Assembly: GCA_032718475.1 (NCBI GenBank)
Contig: JAUCBJ010001467.1
Span: 1 to 36,006, forward strand
Direction of reading: 5' to 3'
DNA length: 36,006 bases
Source of the DNA: Nemertoderma westbladi
Taxonomy: Eukaryota; Animalia; Xenacoelomorpha
Shown: one piece after another, positions 24,021 to 33,425 of the stretch
How positions within the stretch are numbered: the stretch's first letter is position 1
Layout: each line of letters starts with the position of its first letter
Notes under the pieces: generated by a model
The model's input: only the letters and a program-made list of their open reading frames with translations
Database searches by the model: none
Told to the model about the DNA's origin: nothing
Position numbers and translations under genes: made by a program

Positions 24021-24756
24021 TGAAGTTTGAAGTTTTTTATTACACCAAAACACTATAGAAACAATAATAGAGACGCAAATGGAAACAAATTATATCTTCT
24101 TAAACTAAACAAACATGACTCGACTATGTAGGAGGTCACAAGTATAATATATTCACTAAGTATACAATTATTACAATTCACAGTAATATAATGGAATAAT
24201 GAATGGGAGGATATGATGACTTACTAATACAAGACAACACAACGTACAATACGAACACAAATGCATTAAAAGTAAAGGTAAAACATACTGTTTAAGATTA
24301 CATTCTAATTAAAACTTTGATATGTTCAATAAAACATGGCAGTGGTTGATTACATTAAGTGCTGGATCGACTAATAATAATGATAATTAACTAAAATTGA
24401 AATTAAAATTCGCCTCCCGCATGCTTTAAAATAAAATTGTTATTATTTTAGAAAGTGTAGTAAGAACAAATTACTGTACATATACAACGGAGAAGCAGGA
24501 CATATATTAAAAAGAAATGGAAAATATAGTTTGTCTGATATGGTTTGCAACGTAAATTTGAGTGAGGTGGCGCTTGAGGATTGCCTCATGAGGTAAAACC
24601 TCGTTTCCATGAGGGTCCTCGACGAATAATACAAAAATAGACAATGTTTAAAATTTTAACTGAAATATACAATATTTAAAATTATAACTAAAATGGTCAA
24701 TATTTAAAATCATAACTAAGACAGAGAATATTTAAAACTATAAATAAAATTGAGTC
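24021..24756 (-). mobile_element. 5'-truncated LINE 3' UTR inserted in a TIR
   Basis: Interrupts the TIR exactly, with AGGT on both sides; minus-strand end AATAAAAAACTTCAAACTTCA; hairpin GAGGACCCTCATGGAAACGAGG...CCTCATGAGGCAATCCTC. Confidence 0.75.
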
Positions 24757-25627
24757 AGGTGGCAGATCTGATCTGCCACCCTTTCCAGTACAAAAAACAT
24801 GTCTTTCAATCATTTGAATTTCCCGCGCTATTGAGCAGGGTGGCACCTTTTAGGGACTTGTCTAGTGAATACAGCAGCCAAGACTAAAAAGGTTGAGACA
24901 AAGCCAATAGGAGGATTCCAAAACAATTTCGTAGAAAAGTTAATGGATTGATTGGTCGATGATGTTTGCCAGCTGGTTTCCTGCTTATGTGTCAGTAATT
25001 ATCACACTAGTCCAGTAGTCAGCTAGTTTTCTCAGCTTCTAGTCAGATTCAGCTAGTACAGTAGTAACAGACTGAGTAATACAGTACCGGCTGACCGGTA
25101 CCGGTATTACAGTATTACAAGGTGCAAGGTAGAAGGTAGTTGCGTAGGTACTGCATGGCTGCAGTCTGGCTCTGGCTGTCAGGCAGTGGTCGACTGAGTA
25201 TCTGTCGCCTGTCGGGGTGCATGTAAAGAGCGGACTGGCGGACTACGGACTGCGGATTGCCAAAATCCACGCGGTCAATTTGAATTATCGACTTCCAAAC
25301 TAAGAATCCGTTCTTTGTTGTCTGGACAAATGGCGGACTGCAGACTGAACTGCTGAAGCCGGTAAATTGTAACCTGATTGGCTTAATCATTTACATAGGC
25401 TGAAAGGGAACTTAAAGAATGAATCATCCCATCGCAGCATTGGCTTTTAAATGTTTACCATTCTGCCATTGTCAGATTGTGCAACACTGTAATACAGGAA
25501 ATAATTAGGCCTATCCTAATCCTATACAGTCTGACAGTAATTACTAATTACTGAATTACGTGGTTTGTCGTGGACTGTTGATTAAGGGACTACTACTAGT
25601 GATGTAGTGGCGAACCTATCAGGCAGT

Positions 25628-25740
25628 CAGGGCTGGCAAAAACCTTAGGCAGTTAGGTTTTTCAAAACAACAATTAGGTTTTTGTTAGGTTTTTGCAGGG
25701 TTTTTGGAAGGTTTTTGAATGTTAATTGCTAGGTTTTTGT
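25628..25740 (+). mobile_element. hAT-like MITE left end (orphan)
   Basis: CAGGGCTGGCAAAAACC terminus followed by repeated GGTTTTT subterminal motifs; no partner end seen. Confidence 0.5.
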
Positions 25741-25925
25741 AGTATTTCTGTCAGGCTGTATTTGTATAGGCCCTATTCAGCTATTGCAGTAGGCCTATTG
25801 TGTGACGGGATCCTAAGATCCCGACCGGGTTAGATTCGTACCGGTACGCGTCACCGTTCTGCTGGCAGTTATGCTAAGTCGCTTTGGCCGAAGGCCGTTG
25901 GGGAAAACAATACACAGATAGCAGC

Positions 25926-27586
25926 GGGTATATCTTTTGCGTAGAGGTATAGCCTACATAGAGGCTTCATGTAGGTATGTGTAGCCTACATGTAGATGCA
26001 CGTGTAGGGTGAATGTAGGTAGGTGTAGTCCCATAGATATTAATGTAATTTATGTGTCAACTTGCAGTAACGTGATACACGGTCGTCAATCAGGATGTAT
26101 GGCAATAATCTCTGATCTCCACGGTACAATACGGTACATCAACATGCAGACCTGTCTGCTGTCAGACAACAGGTTTTACTGCATACTGCAGTACTGTATA
26201 AATATCAAACATCGCGTTCTGATTATACTAAAGTCCCTTACTCGTCATAAATATTATGCCCTAATAAATTTGAGTATGCTAACGCCACGAAAGGCATCGT
26301 TCCATTAGATTAACTCGTTCTGATTTATATGTTTATTGAGTAAGAGTAACCTAAACAATAACAGCCATCATCGCGGGGATTATAGTCTACCAGAAACCCT
26401 GACCCCCCCCTGCCCCTCTTTATCTGTTTATCAACCATACATCCATGGGACTTGAACAGTACTTCAGCATTGAAATGTTTTGGACGTTTTGTTTTGAAAG
26501 TAAAAATATAGAAGTCTGGAAGTTTTGTTTGTTTTAATTTTTCAGGCAGTCACATTCCACCAACCAGCAACAGTCCCATCCCTTCCCACTATCCCGCGGA
26601 CCACCACACTGTTTCATTATAAAGTATTCCCATCTCGATGATGGGAATTAATCAGTAATCCGATGGGATTCAAATCCCATCTCGAAGTAACAGCAAAACA
26701 ATAACACGAAAGTCAATAGCTTTACAGTTATATTTGATTGCATTGAAAGTTAATAGAAAGAAGAAGTTAAATTGCATATCCATTAAAATATCATGAAATT
26801 GATACGGCAGTTTAGTAGATTAAAACGGCCACAGCAAGATTTATAAAATGAAAAATAAGTAAAATCAGCACAGCACACAATATTATCAATATAGACATTG
26901 AAGACAATTTAATAAACAAATACTATAAAAAAATATCTACTAACAATCAATACATGATATATATAATATATATAATATATATACATCAGCGACTACCATC
27001 GCCACTCTGGTTCAATCAGTCAGTCCGGTATCATTGTTAGCGTTTTGTTGAATCACCCACTCATCCTCAGACCCTCATGGACACCGACGACGAGCTCTAA
27101 CCCTAACCGTTAGTCGATTCCTCCTTGACTGGAAACATCAGGTTCGGGCCGTTCGGCCCATACAAAGTCATTAGCCTCCATGCCTGAACCCGCAGGATCA
27201 TAAGATCTACAGTATGTATCGGTATATCGTTCAGTCGTTTTTTCCTTTGTCAGTACTGTAGTATTGATAGGCTCCGTCTCGTGGGTATTCAGGGGACCCC
27301 CATTCGACGTATTCGCATCTCCTCCTGGTTGTTTCGGGTACCACCGCCCGCCATATGCGCATATCTTCGTGGTTGTTCCGGGTACCACCCCCGTTCGCCG
27401 CATTCGCATCTCATCGAGGAAGTTCGGGTCCGGGTACCCCGTGTAGGCCTATTCATTCATCATTGTTGTTTTTAAAGACCTACCTACACCTACCTACATT
27501 CACCCTACACGTGCATCTACATGTAGGCTACACATACCTACATGTAGCCTCTATGTAGGCTATACCTCTACGCAAAAGATATACCC
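25926..27586. mobile_element. 1.66-kb segment bounded by 103-bp near-perfect inverted repeats
   Basis: 25926-26028 (GGGTATATCTTTTGCGTAGAGG...) versus 27484-27586, one mismatch; no TSD or transposase seen. Confidence 0.8.
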
Positions 27587-27716
27587 CCCTCCTACCCTAC
27601 ATGTCCTACACTACACACTAGTCAGCTAGTACACACAGCCTACACCAGTGCACACAGTCGATAACTCAGTAACTGTATAACTGCTGAACTGTACTGATTT
27701 GTAACTGATTAACAGA

Positions 27717-29543
27717 ATGGACACCGACAGTTCTTTGTGCACAATGCTCTACGAAAAATTTGAAACTGCTTTACGGCTATCTGAAGATACATTGCATGAA
27801 GATAGTGGGGATACAAATATTTTTGAATCGAAATACCAAGCGATAAACTTATTCAAACAATTAAAAGAAGACATAAATGAAATATGCGACTTCTCCAGTG
27901 TAAAGAAAATTATCTTATCTGCCGCCGTTGAATATTACATAGGAGTTCTACGAGTTGAAACTGAGGAAATATCTGAAGGAATAACTTCGTTACAGAAGTG
28001 CATCTCTCTACTCGAGAAATGCAGCGCGTCTGAATCTGAAGAGCTCGCTAAAGATATAACATCTCTCTCGATAAAGACCCACAATGAACTCGGAATGGTG
28101 CGAACCTCATTGTCACAGAGGCGTAAATCGCTGAACGCATTTCTCCTCAGTAAGGCATTGCACGTCGATTACAAGAAGCGATTCGACGCCCCGCCCAGGT
28201 TAGTGCCCGATCTCTTCCGACCGGAGACACGCCAGTCGACGATAGAGGCGAGATACACGAATCTCGAGTCCACCTACACGCACACGCTTTTCTACATCGC
28301 GCAGGCGTACAAACATATGGGAAATGCGGCTATGTCGGCTACCTACTGCCACGCCACTATCCGCAGACAGCTGGACAGCGGCAGTTACGATCCCGTGGAA
28401 TGGAGCATCAACTGCGCGACGCTGTCGCAGTTCTACGTGGAGGCGGCGGGGAAGGCGAGGCATTGTCTGGCTGCGGCCTCGGTTGTGTTCGCTACAGCCA
28501 CCCCACCCGACAGCGAGGAGGAGGAAGCGAGCGAGCGTTACGAACGCTCACGAGCCGATATCAGTTGGTGTTGGGTAAAATACTGCCTTAATCTGCTGCA
28601 GAGATCGAAAGACACCGCGGATAACGTGGTGAACAACGCAGAAGATTTGGTGAGCACCTCGGATAGCGTTGTATCCGACGATGAGGACGAAGAGATTGAT
28701 AACGAAGACAGTAGCGACGTTGCGGCCTTGGCGAAGGAGACATTCAGAGGACTGGAACTCACCCAGTACGAGGAGGCAGTTGGCGATGTTCTAGTGGCAG
28801 ACGTCGATGCCGCTAGAGAAGTATTCCGCTTTGCCGCCAAACAGATAGAGGAAGTTAAGCGTTACTACGTGCTCGACGGTTTCGCAGCCGACTTTCTCGA
28901 CATCATTCGGGACCACAGCAAACTCTACCAACTCCTCGTCTACTTCGAGGTGGACCTCAGTCGACGCTGCAAACTCCACAAACGGCGCATTGGTCTCATC
29001 AGCGACGTCCTCAACCAACTCAACGCTAAGTTCTTCCTCGACGATTGCCGACAACTATCCTACGAGTTGGCTGAGACTTACAATGAGATGATAAGTCTAA
29101 AGTGCGAGATTGCTTCCACACAGAACGAACCCTCTCACAATGAAGCCTCAATGAGCTGTTCATCTAACAGCGAATCATCCACGCCGGTACCCACACTCCA
29201 CCAGACCAATAAGATCAACCAACTCGCCACCAAGGGCATCAAATGCTTCTCACAGTTCATCAACTTCCTCAAGGATAACTCAGGGAAACTTCCTAGCAAG
29301 TTCGACGCATTCTACGAACGACCAGCCATGGTCGCTTACCTGTGTATGGGTCGACTTTACTCAAAAATAAACACACATGATATATCCGAGAGGCTGGGAA
29401 ACCTACAGCACAGCGTGGAATGCTACAAGGCAGTGGTCGAGTACTGCTCCAAGCACCAGTCAGCCAAATCGAGTTGCGCTCAGGAGTTCGAGATTTGTAG
29501 CGAAATGGTTGATCTATTGCCCTTGACAATGGACCGCATATAA
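27717..29543 (+). CDS. KIFBP: KIF-binding protein (KBP/KIAA1279), CDS without introns, 608 aa
   Basis: KBP-type motifs ETEEISEG, YTHTLFYIAQAY, SATYCHATIRRQL, WSINCATLSQFY, ARHCLAAA, ISWCWVKYCLNLL, DHSKLY..L..FE, CKLHKRRI, RQLSYELAETY, EICSEMVDLLP. Confidence 0.94.
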   Translation: MDTDSSLCTMLYEKFETALRLSEDTLHEDSGDTNIFESKYQAINLFKQLKEDINEICDFSSVKKIILSAAVEYYIGVLRVETEEISEGITSLQKCISLLEKCSASESEELAKDITSLSIKTHNELGMVRTSLSQRRKSLNAFLLSKALHVDYKKRFDAPPRLVPDLFRPETRQSTIEARYTNLESTYTHTLFYIAQAYKHMGNAAMSATYCHATIRRQLDSGSYDPVEWSINCATLSQFYVEAAGKARHCLAAASVVFATATPPDSEEEEASERYERSRADISWCWVKYCLNLLQRSKDTADNVVNNAEDLVSTSDSVVSDDEDEEIDNEDSSDVAALAKETFRGLELTQYEEAVGDVLVADVDAAREVFRFAAKQIEEVKRYYVLDGFAADFLDIIRDHSKLYQLLVYFEVDLSRRCKLHKRRIGLISDVLNQLNAKFFLDDCRQLSYELAETYNEMISLKCEIASTQNEPSHNEASMSCSSNSESSTPVPTLHQTNKINQLATKGIKCFSQFINFLKDNSGKLPSKFDAFYERPAMVAYLCMGRLYSKINTHDISERLGNLQHSVECYKAVVEYCSKHQSAKSSCAQEFEICSEMVDLLPLTMDRI

Positions 29544-30773
29544 TGCAATGCCCTCACAATCACAGACACAACTCATCTATAGCCTCTTTTTACTTTTAAA
29601 CTAAATTCATTTTATATGCCATACTTATTTTACCAATTTGTTTTCTTTTAATAAAAATAACCTTTCCAAAAATATAGAATTCTTGATTCTTTGTAGAAAT
29701 ATTGGAATGTGGGGGGGGGGGGGGGGGGGGGCTTCCGGGTTGTTTAGCTGAACTCGCTATATGCAGGCCTCCCAGAGTTTCCTTTTTTGTAGAACGTTTC
29801 CTTTTTTTACCTCTTTTTTTTAGAACCTTTCCTTTTTTCCCTCCATTTTCACACATTTTTTTCCTTTTTTTGGTTCAGAAGATCAGCTTCAGCTTTCTGT
29901 TGATATTGACAAGGTTATAAAAGAGATTGGCGGGCATATGCCGATGTTTATTTTGAATATGTTTATTTTGACAAATATCACTAGATAAGTTACCATAAAA
30001 ATGTAGCAATGGAGGCGGAGGGGACTTTACTATATTTATTTTCTGAGGCGCGGACATATTATAATTTACATAAAGCCCGCCTTGGTGAATTAACAGCGTT
30101 TAATTTCAATTTAGGGAAAGGAACAGGCTGCAGTGGCAGTCAATTCTAACCAAAACAATAATAAGAAAGCCCATTCATTACACGTTACAGTTTCATTTTG
30201 CTCATAATCAGCTGGTATTTGCATCCGTTTTCCCCTGAAGATGGTTGAATTTTGATTGCGTCTAAAAAGCATTTTTGTTATTTATATTTTATATAAATGT
30301 AGCCACGACCGGAAATCCGTACCAAAGTTTTTATATCACTTTCAAAATAAAGTTATATTTACAATCGTTTTATAAACCTCTATCAATAACCATCAATCGG
30401 CCGAGCTCAACCTACTCTGATAACAAGGCAAAAAAAGTGAAAATTTCATAATTGTTTTTAAACTGTTCTTATTTCATTGATATGTTGATTTATAATAATT
30501 ATATTGCCTTTGCCGTGGTCGTGGTCGTTCTCTTTCTTTGTTTCTACTTTTTGAATTATTTGGATCTCTTCCTGTCATTTAATACGACGTTTCTTAATAG
30601 GCTTTTAGGTTAATGAAATATAATTTTTACTACCTTTTTTTAAAGATAATATCAATTCAGTTTTTCCCTTTTTTTGAACTGCATCCTATCCTTTTTTTCC
30701 TTTTTAGAAAATATAAATTCCTTTTTTCCTTTTTTTCATCGATTTTTTTGGCCCTAGAAGGCTGTATGATGAG

Positions 30774-30999
30774 GGGTGAGTACAAAACAAAGACCAAAGA
30801 CACAAGACCTGTACAAAAAACATGTGTTACTTTCGTTTATTGTTTTGGTTCCCCCAACACGCCTCTGTAACCTACTCCCTTACTAACCTGCTCCTTTAAA
30901 TGACATTGGGACCCAGCGCACTTTGGGACCTAACGCGACTTTACCTCTTTGTTTTGTACAGAGGGTATTGGGTCACTGGTCTTTGTTTTGTACTCACTC
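30774..30999. mobile_element. Small MITE with about 23-bp TIRs
   Basis: GGGTGAGTACAAAACAAAGACCA ... TGGTCTTTGTTTTGTACTCACTC; carries the 68-bp module internally. Confidence 0.7.
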
Positions 31000-31171
31000 A
31001 AAATTAGTTATCATGAACTCATACCGGGTGTATGTCAAACATTCAACATGGGTGGGCTTGGGGGACGTTAATAATTATTAATCCTCCATTCCTTGGATGC
31101 TGAAGTTCTTCAAATTTTATTAATGGTCAGGGAAATAAGAGGAGAGATTGGTGCCATAGTTGACCACTCAC

Positions 31172-31389
31172 CTGGTCTTCTAGGTGCAGATCCATACTAC
31201 TTCTAATCTTCGGATCAATAATGTAATTGTATGGGCAAATAATCAGATCGGCGTCCTTCATGAGATCTCGTTGGGCAAAGTAAGGGCACGCAACTATTCT
31301 CTTCCCAACCTTTATGAGGTCTTCTAGATCCCAAGCTGTTCGGATACCGTACTGGTATAGTTGGTTTTGGTGTTTAATCTTCGTAACAC
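31172..31389 (-). CDS. BRIP1: Internal coding exon of FANCJ/BRIP1 Fe-S DNA helicase (218 nt, phase 1 to 0)
   Basis: TTACAG| acceptor and CAG|GTGAGT donor; translates VTKIKHQNQLYQYGIRTAWDLEDLIKVGKRIVACPYFAQRDLMKDADLIICPYNYIIDPKIRSSMDLHLEDQ, matching the FANCJ segment (AWDIEEL...ACPYY...CPYNYLLD..IRESMDL.L..Q) just before the DEAH motif. Not in the ORF track. Confidence 0.9.
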
Positions 31390-32114
31390 CTGTAACGCCA
31401 AATTGGGTTGTAAGAAAATTGAAAATATCAAACTTGAAAATTAGTCAAATGATCCTCTTAGACTCGGGTAATAGTTCATTCAACAAGGATGTCCGCGGTT
31501 CGATCCCACCTCACCGAGGGCCCTGTTCAAAGGAAATGGTATTGAACTTTGTTTTCCTTTACATACACATATAAATTAATTCCACTTCCTACAATTACTA
31601 AATAATTTTAGGGATTGTATTAATGATGCAGGTACTGCTTTTATATGTTTTTATAAATTTGTATACATACTAACATATTTAACATTTAACAGCGTTAACT
31701 AGTTACTTATTAAACTGCACTGACGGGTGAAATGGACATACGGTGAAATTAACTTTTACTTAATTTTAACTTAATATTAACTTAATGTTTATAAATGTGT
31801 GGTGAACGTCCCTTAACCCCGAACGTAACGGTTAACAATTTACTATTGGGAGTCCCGAAACAAAATTTCCTTCATACATTTTCGGAAATGTCGGGTTTTA
31901 CAGATATTTAGTTTATTGCTGCAATTTTTAGAATAAAAAGGCTGAAATATAAAGTGATCAAACACAATTAGTGTATTAATTCCCTAAATTATGTAGAAGC
32001 AGCTGTTCAATAATAGTTTTAACTTAAATTTGACAATATAACTTTGTTCTTCGTTCTATAATAGAAATTAGTCCAACGTGATACACAATATAAATTTGTT
32101 CCATAGTAGTAGGG

Positions 32115-32437
32115 TCTTCCTCCTCTCTGTGACAGTTAGACCTAACTGACACCCATTGGGTGTCATATGACACCCAATTATCACCCTATGGGTGTCATTG
32201 GCGCCAGACTGTCTGGGTGACACCTCCCAATTAGGCTAATTAGACCCTAATTGACAGGTGTCATCAATTAATTAGTATAATTAAACCCTAACAGGTGTCA
32301 TATGACTCCTAATTAGGGTTTAATTGATTATCCTAATTAATCAGACTGATTAGCGCCCTGACACACAATGGGTCATCAGTGATGTCTAACTGTCGCAGAG
32401 AAGGGGGAAGAGGGTGTCATAAGTGACACCGCAGCTC
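32115..32437. mobile_element. Small element with about 27-bp inverted repeats and a trailing hairpin (Helentron/HINE-like, or MITE with AGGGT TSD)
   Basis: TCTTCCTCCTCTCTGTGACAGTTAGAC (32115-32141) / GTCTAACTGTCGCAGAGAAGGGGGAAGA (32384-32411), then GGTGTCA-TAAG-TGACACC and a T run; internal GGTGTCA/TGACACC palindromes. Confidence 0.7.
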
Positions 32438-33425
32438 TTTTATTCATTAATACTTATTTATTTATATTTAATTTTAATTAATTATTTGCATTTTATTTTA
32501 TTCGTATTTATTCATTTGTACTTTATTTTAAATTAATTAATTGTATATATTACTTTTACTTTATACATTGATTTCTATTTTTAGATTAATTAGTTTTTAT
32601 ATTACCAACGAGATCACTATGACATAATGTCTATTTTTAACTTTATAATGGCTATGGTATACGGCTCCCTACTGGCAACTATCAACTGCGTTCATCGGCG
32701 GGGGCCCGAGTCGGGCAACAGTCGCATCTATATTGCGCGAAATGAATTTTAATATGTGATTTTAGATTATCACTCCGCATCTCTTTGTCGCAGATGGGGC
32801 AGCTAACTTTATTGGTAGACATAGGCATCTTGAATCTAGAAAAATACGTTGATTATTTATAAAAAGATAAAAAATACTGTATACTTGGTAAAAATAAAGT
32901 AAAACAGTAGGTATTAATCGGTTACTAGGCAACAATACTGTGTTTATATAGTTAGGCCTATTGCTGTATTGTAGCAATCAGTCAGTGAAACATAAAGCAG
33001 GCAGTCGGCAGTATCTAGTGTGGAAGTGTTAGTGTACCAGCGGTTAGATAGTGGCGATAACCAAGACACAAAAGCGATGCCAGTTATTATTCGTGGAAAG
33101 AGGGTCTATAAACAACAGTCAGTCAGTCAGAGCAGTAGTGCTAGTGAAAAGTCTGCCAGAAGTCAGACGTATCGGTAGCGTTAACCAATACAAATCAACG
33201 ATAGGCCTAGCTAAAATCGCTGTGTGAGAACTCAGTTAGTCAGTAGGATATATAGTGAAAACTGCAGTAATCATTGTTGTTCAGTAGGATCTAGGCTAAC
33301 TCGAATGATGCGGTACCGATAGTCAGGTAGACAAGCAGATAGACAGATGTAGGCCTATTGATCGAGTGCTTCGATCGCGGTTTAGGCTATCGGTATCACC
33401 GCAGTCTGATAGTAATTAATAGTGA

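Larger units (their letters stand above)
22957..24861. mobile_element. Non-autonomous TIR element (MULE-like), about 147-bp TIRs, right TIR split by a LINE insertion
   Basis: Left TIR 22957-23103 (ACAAGTCCCTAAAAGGTGCCACCCTGCTC...) pairs with 24757-24861 (outer part) and 23975-24020 (inner part). Flanks CTAGTGGATGC / CTAGTGAATAC form a 9/11 degenerate TSD. Confidence 0.85.

Noticed and set aside
28200-29529. Overlapping and antisense ORFs inside KIFBP (likewise inside PDE12 and JOSD)
   Set aside because: Shadow ORFs expected in GC-richer coding sequence.
13350-29731. Long poly-G/poly-C tracts in the putative intron of the G4 helicase FANCJ
   Set aside because: Tracts lie in or beside repeats; no evidence of enrichment or a functional link.
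31172-31389. FANCJ exon as a Helitron-captured fragment
   Set aside because: Frame and both splice sites are intact and no Helitron terminus is seen to its left; a real host exon is simpler, though capture is not excluded.
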